Below, piece after piece: positions 1 to 7,838 of a stretch of DNA of 37,065 bases. Both the position numbers and the translations under genes were made by a program. Positions within the stretch are counted from its first letter, which is position 1, and each line of letters opens with the position of its first letter. Source of the DNA: a virus (lineage: Duplodnaviria; Caudoviricetes); the IMG/VR virus record IMGVR_UViG_3300048073_000103, positions 1 to 37,065 of that record. One strand, given 5' to 3'. The notes under the pieces were generated by a model that was given only the letters and a program-made list of their open reading frames with translations, searched no databases and was not told the DNA's origin.

Positions 1-180
1 TGCTTTGGACTTTTCGATGCCGATCAACGCCACGATGGCGACGGCGGCAGAGTTGAAGGTGTTGAGCAGGCCCGTGATGAGCTGACGGATCAGCTCGCTG
101 TCGCCGGTACCGACCGCCAGAATGGCGGCAAGTCCAGCGCAGCCGAACGCGAAGATGCCAACAAGTGTAGCAGGATGCAT
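1..180 (-). CDS. Small hydrophobic membrane protein (truncated at window edge)
   Basis: Manual translation from ATG 180: MHPATLVGIFAFGCAGLAAILAVGTGDSELIRQLITGLLNTFNSAAVAIVALIGIEKSKA...; GAGGAG RBS upstream; two hydrophobic stretches; not in ORF track. Confidence 0.6.
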   Translation of the reverse strand, partial: MHPATLVGIFAFGCAGLAAILAVGTGDSELIRQLITGLLNTFNSAAVAIVALIGIEKSKA

Positions 181-185
181 AAAAA

Positions 186-420
186 ACTCCTCAGTGGCTA
201 TTCGGATCGGCCAAGAGGAGTGGGGGCTTAGGGATAAGCCGGAGCCCACACCCCCCGGAAGCCGGGTGGCGGAACTCCGAATAGGCCCAATGTCGCGGCG
301 CCCTCGGGGGGTAGTGACGATCTGACGGGGCTACTGAACCCCGCTTCACAGCTCGTGAAGCGACAAAGGCACCCACGCTGGGGTGGCACTCGGGGCGCGA
401 GAAAAGTTCGCAACGCGCTC
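186..420 (-). ncRNA. Highly structured intergenic leader or candidate ncRNA
   Basis: Dense inverted repeats: ACTCCTC 186-192/GAGGAGT 215-221, GGCTTA..TAAGCC 225-240, CGGGG..CCCCG, CGCTTCAC..GTGAAGCG; alternative pairing CTATTCGGA 198-206/TCCGAATAG 276-284. Confidence 0.4.
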
Positions 421-475
421 CTACCCAGATAACTGGTTCAGGAACGCTGGGTTGCAAGGGCTTTCGAATATATTT

Positions 476-649
476 TCAGTGCCAGACGGCGTCGGCCACG
501 GTCGCGGCAAGGGCCAACCCCAGCAGGGCACCAAACACGGTCAGGCCCCTCAGCCGCCATACCCATTCCCGTTCCGTCCATGGTCGGGTGCCCTTGGGCA
601 TGATCTTGGCGGCCTGGCGGATTTCCCAGCGTATGAAACGGTCAAGCAT
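476..649 (-). CDS. 57-aa protein with C-terminal transmembrane helix
   Basis: Manual translation MLDRFIRWEIRQAAKIMPKGTRPWTEREWVWRLRGLTVFGALLGLALAATVADAVWH; GAGGAG RBS; overlaps end of 642-1025 gene. Confidence 0.55.
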   Translation of the reverse strand: MLDRFIRWEIRQAAKIMPKGTRPWTEREWVWRLRGLTVFGALLGLALAATVADAVWH

Positions 650-1025
650 ATCGTCTCCTCAGGTAAATGACGTTGGACGGCTTTCGCTTCGGCTTGGGCT
701 GGAAGCTGCCCGGAGGCAGGCGTGGCCCCAACGTCTGCCGCAAGAACTCGTCCTCTTCGTAGATATCCAAGCCCCACGGTGAGGTGAAGCATTTGTAGGT
801 GAGGACACAGTAGGGATTAGCTTTGATGGCACAGGCGGAGATTTGCTGAACGGCGTCGAGCTGGGCGCGGGTCGGGCCGACGGTTCGTCTCTCAAGCCGG
901 GCGACACAATGGCGACGGCGCAGGAACACCATGCCGTGCTCCTCAACCGAGCCATCGACGTGGACGGTCATGGTCGGCGGTTCCCAGTGCTCGATGTGGT
1001 AGAAAAACGTGACTGAAGTTGGCAT
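642..1025 (-). CDS. Hypothetical protein
   Basis: 127-aa ORF, ATG start, co-oriented with neighbours. Confidence 0.6.
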   Translation of the reverse strand: MPTSVTFFYHIEHWEPPTMTVHVDGSVEEHGMVFLRRRHCVARLERRTVGPTRAQLDAVQQISACAIKANPYCVLTYKCFTSPWGLDIYEEDEFLRQTLGPRLPPGSFQPKPKRKPSNVIYLRRRYA

Positions 1026-1039
1026 TGCGTACCTGAATC

Positions 1040-1064
1040 AAAAAGGCCGCCCGTTATGGCGACC
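1040..1064 (-). terminator. Possible intrinsic terminator or attenuator
   Basis: Minus strand GGTCGCC-loop-GGCGGCC followed by TTTTT. Confidence 0.4.
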
Positions 1065-1144
1065 CGGCACAGCACCCTTCTAGAAGCACTGCTGCAAAAA
1101 GAATGAGCCCCAACGGAAAATCCGTCAAGGCTCATATTCGATGT

Positions 1145-1438
1145 TCACGATGTGCAGAATTCCGTGAACGGATGGTCTGCGGGTATGGCGCCGGGAAACG
1201 GCGACGTTCCTTCGCTGAACACAATCTCAACGGTCGGGTCAAATCCCGTTGCGAGGTTGGCAAGGTGGGCGATTGCCTGGCGCTGTGCGTCCGTGGGAAA
1301 TTCCATGCCGAACACGACGCCGACGCGGATTTCCTTCATGCCGTAGAATGAGCAGAGGGCGATGATGTCGCCTGAAGTTTCGACAAAGTGCGAGTAGGAC
1401 GCGCGATTGCTCACGCGCTCGAAAGTGATGCGTTTCAT
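1145..1438 (-). CDS. Hypothetical protein (97 aa)
   Basis: Start placed at ATG 1438 (MKRITFERV...) because the longer ORF crosses a terminator at 1533-1561; AGGA upstream. Confidence 0.6.
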   Translation of the reverse strand: MKRITFERVSNRASYSHFVETSGDIIALCSFYGMKEIRVGVVFGMEFPTDAQRQAIAHLANLATGFDPTVEIVFSEGTSPFPGAIPADHPFTEFCTS

Positions 1439-1532
1439 GTGATGATGTTCCTGATGGGAGAGAACATCATGCTGATTCAAGTGCGCTTGTTCGTCCAGAA
1501 ATATTGGAGGGCGTTGCGATGTACGTGAGCGC

Positions 1533-1561
1533 AAATAAAAGTCCCCGGCCGAAGCCGGGGG
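1533..1561 (-). terminator. Intrinsic terminator
   Basis: CCCCGGC-TTCG-GCCGGGG followed by ACTTTTATTT on minus strand. Confidence 0.75.
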
Positions 1562-1671
1562 AGCCGTCAGCACCTTGCGAGTCAAAAGCTCTCAACGCGG
1601 ATTCTATGAGCCCACTCTCCGCGCCAGCGTGCCTAATAGTCGCTGCTCTGTGGGTGGAATTGCACTGACGG

Positions 1672-1869
1672 CTATCTGAAGAAGTCGAGCTGCGGAGGAT
1701 CGACGATACCGTTGTCCGACTTGAACTTGGCGGTCGTCATGTCTTCGCTCGCCCAGGGGAAGAACAGCAGCCCGCAAGTCGGGCAGGGCGAGTTCACCGG
1801 GTGAGGTGTCTCGGTTGTCCACTGCATCAGGTGATCCCCGTTGCAGCGATACCAGTTGCGCAACATCAT
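1672..1869 (-). CDS. Small Cys/His-containing protein (possible zinc ribbon)
   Basis: CNGDH...CPTC motifs; start overlaps stop of upstream gene. Confidence 0.55.
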   Translation of the reverse strand: MMLRNWYRCNGDHLMQWTTETPHPVNSPCPTCGLLFFPWASEDMTTAKFKSDNGIVDPPQLDFFR

Positions 1870-2057
1870 CAGTCTCCGTCGATGTCCTCACTGGCTTCGT
1901 AGTTGGAATCGGTCAGCACCTCGGGCCGGTAGTGCGACAGTTTCTCCTTCGCGCATGTTGGACATATCCGGCAAAGTGGAATCCCTCGGGCATCGTTCAC
2001 CCAATGAGAAGATAAGCCGCTGCCGCACGGGCAGGGGCGAGCGTCGTGAATGCCCAT
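1869..2057 (-). CDS. Small zinc-binding protein
   Basis: CPCGSG (SEC-C-like) plus CRICPTC; GGAGG RBS upstream. Confidence 0.7.
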   Translation of the reverse strand: MGIHDARPCPCGSGLSSHWVNDARGIPLCRICPTCAKEKLSHYRPEVLTDSNYEASEDIDGD

Positions 2058-2187
2058 AAAGGCCTCCGCAAAAAATGTTTCAGATTTTTAGTGAGGCCGA
2101 ATCTTGCGCCGAAAAACGGAGGCTGTGAATCGTCGTGCTGAATTATTTTGCGATGGTGCTTGCTGTATACGACTTATGCCCGCACGA

Positions 2188-2266
2188 TTTAGCTAAGCCG
2201 TGTGCAGGTCTCAGTCCCTGCACATGGCGGCTAAAACGACTGAGAGCCAAAAAATGGAGACTGAGA
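2188..2266 (+). promoter_or_regulatory. Hairpin/pseudoknot-like leader of the replication gene
   Basis: Stem 2197-2208/2217-2228; loop TCTCAGTC 2209-2216 exactly complementary to GACTGAGA at 2238-2245 and 2259-2266. Confidence 0.55.
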
Positions 2267-2940
2267 ATGTGGACACCCACCAAAAATTAGAGCCGCAAAA
2301 ACGGCCAATGCCGTGGTTTCGCATGTACCACGAGTTCGCGACAGACCCCAAAGTGCAGATGTTGAGTGAGGCTGACCAGCGCCGGTTCATAATGCTGCTG
2401 TGCCTTCGATGCTGTAACGGTAGTGTAACGTTACGGGATGAAGAGGTAGCGTTTCAGCTCCGTATCAGTATCGACGAATGGCACATCACGAAGACCATTC
2501 TCCTCGGCAAGGAGCTTGTGAAAGACGACAACGCTCCTTCGGCCTGGGACAAGCGCCAATACGTCTCGGACTCAAGTGCAGAGCGGGTTGCGAAGCATCG
2601 TGCCAGCAAAAAAACGTCGAGTAACGTTACAGTAACGGCACCAGACCCAGAGACAGAGGGAGATACAGAGATAGAGAAGACACCAATCCAACCTTCTGAG
2701 AAGAAGACACCAAAGGGGGTGCAGGGGGGTGTTGTTGATAAAACGGTTGGATACGATGTGGGCAAGCACCTGAGCGACGACGGATGGGCAGCGGCAAGGC
2801 GTGCTGCGGAGGGGTGGGACATTCACCGGCTCGTCCAGGTCTACAATGGCGGTATCACTAAGCGTGGCGTTCCGCGCAACGCTGACGCTGCGTTCCCCGC
2901 ATGGTGTGCGAGCTACACCAAGGGGAGACCACCGGCATGA
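2254..2940 (+). CDS. Phage replication initiator / replisome organiser-type protein (start uncertain: 2224, 2254 or 2308)
   Basis: N-terminal PWFRMYHEFATDPKVQMLSEADQRRFIMLLCL and WDKRQYVSDSSAERVAKHR typical of lambdoid prophage replication proteins; internal low-complexity repeat region. Confidence 0.8.
   Translation: METENVDTHQKLEPQKRPMPWFRMYHEFATDPKVQMLSEADQRRFIMLLCLRCCNGSVTLRDEEVAFQLRISIDEWHITKTILLGKELVKDDNAPSAWDKRQYVSDSSAERVAKHRASKKTSSNVTVTAPDPETEGDTEIEKTPIQPSEKKTPKGVQGGVVDKTVGYDVGKHLSDDGWAAARRAAEGWDIHRLVQVYNGGITKRGVPRNADAAFPAWCASYTKGRPPA
2414..2711. repeat. Putative replication origin repeats within the initiator gene
   Basis: GTAACG at 2414 and 2632; palindromic GTAACGTTAC at 2425 and 2621; purine-rich AGA tract and GAAGACACCAA repeated downstream. 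Confidence 0.5.
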
Positions 2941-3173
2941 GTGAAGCGTTCTATTGCGAGGACTGCTTGAAAGCCGCGTACCTTCGCCGAAAGCCGAAGA
3001 AGCACATCGAGAGCGTGGTCGGCAACTGCGCGGGGTGCGACCACAGGGGCCGTCTCTACCTCAAGTCGGACTACTCATACCACGGCAAGAGAGCAGCACC
3101 CGTGATTGTCCTTCCTCCGGAAAAACAGCCCCGACAGGTTCGTGAGTGGCCGGAGCATTTGAGGTTTGACTAA
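2937..3173 (+). CDS. Small zinc-finger-like protein
   Basis: ATGA overlap with initiator; CEDC...CAGC motifs. Confidence 0.6.
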   Translation: MSEAFYCEDCLKAAYLRRKPKKHIESVVGNCAGCDHRGRLYLKSDYSYHGKRAAPVIVLPPEKQPRQVREWPEHLRFD

Positions 3174-3733
3174 AACCGCCGCCAAGGCTTCTTTAATTCA
3201 GCCTGCGCCTTAGGTGCGTCCTCGGCAATTTCAGTGACGGTGGTCTCGGTCTCGTAGACGAGCTTGCCGACTTCCCGCACGAACTTGATAGGGATTTTCG
3301 GGTTGTTGATGTCCTTATTGCCGTCGTCCTTCCACTTCTTCTCCCACTTCGAGAAGTAGGGCTCCAGATCTTCAGGCGTCAGCTTGTAGACGCACTGAAG
3401 CTCGATGTGGCGGTAGATGGCGAAAACCCAATCGACCTTGCGGTACTTCGCGATAATGGTCGGGTTCATGTGGTGGTGAGTGGAAACGCCTTGGGTCAGC
3501 TCGATATTGACTGACTTCAGCTCATATTCACGGCCCTCGTCATCGACGGCGTCGTTTCCTTCGCGGCCGGCGATGTTCGTGAGACCAAGCAGGATGAGCA
3601 CCTGCATAATCTTGCCGCCGTTATCCTGGAAGATGTCCTCGATACCGTGTTTCGAGGCGAGCGTCTGGTAGGCCTGGATGGAAGGCCAGAGACGCTTGAA
3701 TTCGTCAACGTCTTCCTGTGATGAGGGCTTCAC
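3170..3733 (-). CDS. pvuIIR: Type II restriction endonuclease, PvuII family (CAGCTG specificity expected)
   Basis: [41 protein letters not shown] closely match R.PvuII as recalled. Confidence 0.95.
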   Translation of the reverse strand: MKPSSQEDVDEFKRLWPSIQAYQTLASKHGIEDIFQDNGGKIMQVLILLGLTNIAGREGNDAVDDEGREYELKSVNIELTQGVSTHHHMNPTIIAKYRKVDWVFAIYRHIELQCVYKLTPEDLEPYFSKWEKKWKDDGNKDINNPKIPIKFVREVGKLVYETETTVTEIAEDAPKAQAELKKPWRRF

Positions 3734-3978
3734 TGGCGCCTCAACAGGTCTTCTGGCTTCACTTCCAGCGCCGCCGCCAGTCGCTCAATGTTGTCGATGC
3801 TGATGTTCCGCTCCCCGCGTTCCACCGAACCGACGTACGTCCTGTGCAGCCCGGCGAGGTCGGCCAAAGCTTCTTGGGAAATCTTCCGGCTTTCCCTCGC
3901 GCTGCGGAGATTTGCCGAGAATACTTCCCTCAGGGGCGTATCGATTCGTTTTTTGATCACCCCGCGGAGGGTCAGCAC
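3730..3978 (-). CDS. pvuIIC: R-M controller (C) protein, XRE-family HTH (start GTG 3978 or 3960)
   Basis: [35 protein letters not shown]; directly upstream of and overlapping the REase gene. Confidence 0.9.
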   Translation of the reverse strand: MLTLRGVIKKRIDTPLREVFSANLRSARESRKISQEALADLAGLHRTYVGSVERGERNISIDNIERLAAALEVKPEDLLRRQ

Positions 3979-3983
3979 TTGAC

Positions 3984-4009
3984 GTTTATGAGTCGACAGA
4001 CTTTAAGTA
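3984..4009 (-). promoter_or_regulatory. C-box (tandem controller-protein operators)
   Basis: Minus strand TACTTAAAGTC-TGTC-GACTCATAAAC resembles the GACT-N3-AGTC-TGT tandem layout of PvuII-type C-boxes. Confidence 0.7.
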
Positions 4010-4014
4010 GCGGG

Positions 4015-5013
4015 ATGATGCCAATCCCCAGAGATTTCGCGCCCAGCTACATGACCGGGCAGGGCGCAGCTTATACGGGTGACTCCCGTAAGCTCTTGGC
4101 CGCGCTGCCGGATTCGTCGATCAATTTGGTTATGACCAGCCCGCCCTTCGCCCTTCAGCGGAAAAAGGAATACGGGAACGCCGAACAGCATGAATACGTT
4201 GATTGGCTGACGGAATTTGCCATTCTGGTGAAGGAAAAGCTGAAAGACGACGGCAGCTTCGTGCTGGACCTGGGCGGCTCCTACCAAAAGGGCGTGCCTG
4301 TCCGGAGCCTCTACCAGTTCCGGGTACTTCTCCGGCTGTGTGACGACCTCGGCTTCCATCTGGCCGAAGAGTTCTACTGGCACAACCCGGCGAAACTCCC
4401 GAGCCCCATAGAGTGGGTAAACAAGCGAAAGCTGCGGGCCAAGGACTCGGTGAACACCCTGTGGTGGTTCAGCAAGACGGAGTGGCCCAAGGCCAACATC
4501 AGCCGCGTGCTCGCCCCTTACAGCGACCGCATGAAGAAGCTGATCGAAGACCCTGACAAATTCTACAAGGCGAAGAAGCGCCCATCTGGCCACGATATTG
4601 GGATGGGTTTCGGCAAGGACAACGGCGGTGCCATCCCGCCGAACCTACTGTCATTCCCGAATACCGAGTCCAACGGGAAGTACATCACCGCCTGCAAGAT
4701 GGTCGGCGCCTCGGGCCACCCGGCGCGCTTCCCGGCGAAGCTGCCGGAGTTCTTCATCCGCTTCCTGACCGACCCGGGCGATACCGTCCTTGATATCTTC
4801 GCGGGCTCCAACACCACCGGTGAGGTCGCCGAAACCGAAGGCCGCAACTGGTTGGCGTTTGAGGAACGGCAGGACTACGTGTCGGCGTCCGCTTTCCGGT
4901 TCATCGACCAACTCAACAGCGATGCTGAGGTGAAGATCCTCTACGACCGCATCAATGCCGGTGAAACTGTGGATTTGGCGACGAGCGTCGTCCAGAAGCG
5001 CCTCCTGCCGTAA
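4015..5013 (+). CDS. pvuIIM: N4-cytosine DNA methyltransferase, beta class, M.PvuII-like
   Basis: TSPPF catalytic motif, HPARFP, DIFAGSNTTG SAM motif; long near-identity to M.PvuII as recalled; divergent from C-R. Confidence 0.95.
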   Translation: MMPIPRDFAPSYMTGQGAAYTGDSRKLLAALPDSSINLVMTSPPFALQRKKEYGNAEQHEYVDWLTEFAILVKEKLKDDGSFVLDLGGSYQKGVPVRSLYQFRVLLRLCDDLGFHLAEEFYWHNPAKLPSPIEWVNKRKLRAKDSVNTLWWFSKTEWPKANISRVLAPYSDRMKKLIEDPDKFYKAKKRPSGHDIGMGFGKDNGGAIPPNLLSFPNTESNGKYITACKMVGASGHPARFPAKLPEFFIRFLTDPGDTVLDIFAGSNTTGEVAETEGRNWLAFEERQDYVSASAFRFIDQLNSDAEVKILYDRINAGETVDLATSVVQKRLLP

Positions 5014-5029
5014 AGCCCCTTGACTCTGA

Positions 5030-5044
5030 GTTCTTGGTTTGTTC
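5030..5044 (+). promoter_or_regulatory. Alphaproteobacterial LexA (SOS) box
   Basis: GTTC-TTGGTTT-GTTC = GTTC-N7-GTTC, just downstream of TTGACT at 5020-5025. Confidence 0.7.
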
Positions 5045-5077
5045 TTGTAAGCCCATATCGTGATTTTTGGGTTGAAC

Positions 5078-5335
5078 ATGGCGGACCTCGATTACATCAG
5101 GGCTGAAATCGAACATATGCGCGTCCAAATAGGGCGCCAGCGCAAGGAAATGCTCCAGCTGCAGCGGGCGGGTATTCCGACCGCGTCTGCTGAGGCGTTG
5201 CTTGACCGCATGCTGGCCAAAGTCGATGGCCTGGCCGAGAAGCGCGACCGGCTAAAGCAGGAAGCGAAGTTGAACGCGCGCGCTTACCCCTCAGGGAAAC
5301 GGATACTCGGGACGCCTGCGCAACGAAGAATGTGA
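5078..5335 (+). CDS. Small coiled-coil hypothetical protein
   Basis: MADLDYIRAEIEHMR...; helical amphipathic; downstream of LexA box. Confidence 0.75.
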   Translation: MADLDYIRAEIEHMRVQIGRQRKEMLQLQRAGIPTASAEALLDRMLAKVDGLAEKRDRLKQEAKLNARAYPSGKRILGTPAQRRM

Positions 5336-5562
5336 TGGATAACCTCCGGCGGTTTCCGGCGCCGTGGGTTATGGAAGAGGACGAGCATGGCTTCCGGGTG
5401 AAGGACGCCAACGGCTTCCTGATATGTGCCGTCAGCCATCGGGATGACCTTCACGCCCGGCACTACCAGTACGCCCAGAATTACCTGTCGCGGGATGAGG
5501 CGAGGCGGATAGCCAAGGCCATTTCACGTCTACCGGAGTTACTTCGTCGCCCGCAGTACTGA
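5332..5562 (+). CDS. Small hypothetical protein
   Basis: RRFPAPW...FRVKDANG...LSRDEARRIAKAISRLPELL, a type I recall from rhizobial genomes; coupled to upstream gene. Confidence 0.75.
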   Translation: MMDNLRRFPAPWVMEEDEHGFRVKDANGFLICAVSHRDDLHARHYQYAQNYLSRDEARRIAKAISRLPELLRRPQY

Positions 5563-5598
5563 ATGAAAACGCCGGAGCCATAAGCCCCGGCGCTGGTT

Positions 5599-5832
5599 TC
5601 ACATCTTGACGCACGGCCCGCGTGTTCGCGCCTTACCGGCGATACGCTGACCTCCGGCCATGTCACTTCCACCTGTGACTTTTCGGGCCTTACCCGGTCC
5701 GCAAGCAACATAGACGACCTGTCCAGGATTGAGCTGTCCCGGTGGTGGTTCACTCTGCAAAACCTGAGCAGATGCGGTTTCTGAAAGCAGGAAGCCAATA
5801 GCGGCAATCGTAGAAAAACAGACAGTTCTCAT
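5599..5832 (-). CDS. Small secreted protein (DUF6719-like)
   Basis: Signal peptide ending ASA-Q, EPPPGQL..GQVVYV, two Cys. Confidence 0.65.
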   Translation of the reverse strand: MRTVCFSTIAAIGFLLSETASAQVLQSEPPPGQLNPGQVVYVACGPGKARKVTGGSDMAGGQRIAGKARTRGPCVKM

Positions 5833-5914
5833 GAATCTCCCCATGGTTGAAGAGCCGGAATCCTACGGGGGCGATTCGGTACCCACTAGATTCGCTACCG
5901 TGAACATCGGAGAT

Positions 5915-6229
5915 TTATTTTCGGCCCAGCCGCTGCCACGTCCCTTGAAGGTAATGTTCATGGGTGCCGTGTCGCTCTTCCCAAGTGTTCTGACCGGCGT
6001 GGTATTCATCGTGGTGGCGACGGCAAAGGGGAATGGCGGTCTCGTCGGGCGCCTTGAGCCCACTACCGCAACCCCAAATCAATCCGCGTGGGTGTGACGG
6101 GTCTCCCGGCCCGGGACAGAGACAAACACAGCAGGGAAGGCTTCTGACGGCCTTGAGGTATTTCTCGTTGAAGCGGGGGAGTGAGATCCCAAGGTAATGG
6201 ACGAAGACGAGGATGTTACGCCGTACCAC
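5915..6229 (-). CDS. DUF968-like Zn/HNH-related phage protein
   Basis: KYLKAVRSLPCCVC...H...AIPLCRRHHDEYH. Confidence 0.75.
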   Translation of the reverse strand: MVRRNILVFVHYLGISLPRFNEKYLKAVRSLPCCVCLCPGPGDPSHPRGLIWGCGSGLKAPDETAIPLCRRHHDEYHAGQNTWEERHGTHEHYLQGTWQRLGRK

Positions 6230-6431
6230 GGCGGAGCGCTTCGCCTGCGCTGATTGGTTTCCCTTTGTACTCAGTGACCTTGCCGACGACTATGCCGAGA
6301 AATACGTCGCCAAATTGTAGGCCGTAGAGGCCCGTCCAAACGCTCGTGCAGAACGGAAACTTCACCGGCATTCCCATAAACCGGTGCCAATACCACTCCA
6401 CTGGGTAGCCAAAAATAGTTCTTCTCTTCAC
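6216..6431 (-). CDS. Hypothetical protein
   Basis: Overlapping member of leftward operon. Confidence 0.5.
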   Translation of the reverse strand: MKRRTIFGYPVEWYWHRFMGMPVKFPFCTSVWTGLYGLQFGDVFLGIVVGKVTEYKGKPISAGEALRRGTA

Positions 6432-6619
6432 TCGCCTCGCTTTCTCTTGGGTTGACGTAATTTAAAAGCCTGCGCTTCTTGCTCTTCGGCTTTGTCGCGC
6501 AAGTCCTTCACGTAGTCCTCACTCGCGCCGTTCTGAAGAAGGCTCGCAACTGTCGCCCGGTTCACGGCTGCATCGTCTTCCAGGCGTTCGGCGCGCTTGA
6601 GGTTAGATGTCTTTGCCAT
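6428..6619 (-). CDS. Hypothetical protein
   Basis: MAKTSNLKRAERLEDD...; overlaps both neighbours. Confidence 0.6.
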   Translation of the reverse strand: MAKTSNLKRAERLEDDAAVNRATVASLLQNGASEDYVKDLRDKAEEQEAQAFKLRQPKRKRGE

Positions 6620-6803
6620 CGCGGCGGGCCTCGCGCTTCTTCTGCAGCACGGCGGCGTCACGGTAGGCGCGGAGTGCATCGGCGGTGATTTGAGAGGAAG
6701 TGACCGTTCCCGTGAGGGTGCGGATTTCCTCGATAACGTCCGGAATGTCCGGGTAAAGCTCCGCAGTGAGCGCGATCTTGATTTGCTTGGGTGCCTTGGA
6801 CAT
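6603..6803 (-). CDS. Small DNA-binding-like protein (possible ribbon-helix-helix)
   Basis: KQIKIAL beta-strand pattern then two helices (SSQITADALRAY). Confidence 0.55.
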   Translation of the reverse strand: MSKAPKQIKIALTAELYPDIPDVIEEIRTLTGTVTSSQITADALRAYRDAAVLQKKREARRDGKDI

Positions 6804-7438
6804 TAGAACATTCCTTTGATTTCAGTTACGAGTGCGTCCAACTCGGCATTGAAGGCCGCAAGCTCTGTCTCGATTTCCGTCCTCCGCTGGTCGGTCAGGG
6901 TGACATCAACAATCATCGGCGGCGCTCCTGGGCAGAAGGACATAAATTTCCAAGACTCTCTACCGGTCGCCACCAAACTGCCTTCAACCTGAAGCCGGTA
7001 CTCGCTAGGTATCCATCCAGGATATTTCTTGAGCATCTTCAGGCGTTCAATCTGGATGTCGGGAAGGGCGGACTTGATTTCGAGGCCAATCTTTTCCCCG
7101 AAGTAGCCATCCGGGCTGCAGCCGAGTCGCAGTGTGCGATTTTTGACAAAGCCGACGGTGCTGATGTCACCACCCAAGTAAATCGTCAGCAAATCGCGAG
7201 CGACTGGTTCTTCCTGATGCCCGCGCTCCATGTCCTCATTCGTGTAGGACTTGACGGGACGGCCAGTGATAATCTCACCCGCTAGCTGACGCATATACTT
7301 GTCGCGGGTTTTCCCTTCGCCTTTCGCGAGGACGTTCTTCAAGCTACTGCACGTCACCATCCCGGCGCGAGCTGCTCTCCATTCATCGCTGCCTTGCTGG
7401 CAATCTATCGTTTCAATTTCCACATTTTCGGCTTTCAA
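6803..7438 (-). CDS. YqaJ / lambda-exonuclease family recombinase-associated nuclease
   Basis: QGSDEWRAARAGMVT, MERGHQEEP, LGCSPDG, GLEIKS, YRLQV. Confidence 0.9.
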   Translation of the reverse strand: MKAENVEIETIDCQQGSDEWRAARAGMVTCSSLKNVLAKGEGKTRDKYMRQLAGEIITGRPVKSYTNEDMERGHQEEPVARDLLTIYLGGDISTVGFVKNRTLRLGCSPDGYFGEKIGLEIKSALPDIQIERLKMLKKYPGWIPSEYRLQVEGSLVATGRESWKFMSFCPGAPPMIVDVTLTDQRRTEIETELAAFNAELDALVTEIKGMF

Positions 7439-7838
7439 TTTCAGGTATTACGAGGTCGGGCATATTCTCGGCAGCCCACACTCGGATGTGCGCGACGTAC
7501 TTCATGAATTCAACGGTGCTCATTTCGGTCGTGGACTTGTAGCTCTCGATAAGCTTGCCGTTGATTTCATAAAGGTCAGGCTCGACGAACTGAGACTTGA
7601 AGTATTCGTGCCACGCCACCGCGGGATATTTGGTCGCCGCCTCGAATGGTGGCAAAATCACCTTCCAATAAGCGCGGTTCTGTTGAACCGAACGCTTGCG
7701 GGAATATTCCGCGATGGTGACTGTCTGAACCTTCCAAGTTGGCTTCTCGCCTTCCTTCAATGGGGGAGGGACAGCAAGCGCCTCAACCGCACGGATGGCG
7801 GCGCGCTTGTTTACCTCAGAGTTGATGACGAATTCCAT
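7413..7838 (-). CDS. NinB/Orf-like recombination protein
   Basis: KRSVQQNRAYW and KSTTEMSTVEFMKYV motifs. Confidence 0.7.
   Translation of the reverse strand: MEFVINSEVNKRAAIRAVEALAVPPPLKEGEKPTWKVQTVTIAEYSRKRSVQQNRAYWKVILPPFEAATKYPAVAWHEYFKSQFVEPDLYEINGKLIESYKSTTEMSTVEFMKYVAHIRVWAAENMPDLVIPEIESRKCGN

Noticed and set aside
3718-4014. 99-codon N-terminal extension of the methyltransferase ORF
   Set aside because: Overlaps the C gene on the other strand; similarity to M.PvuII begins near ATG 4015
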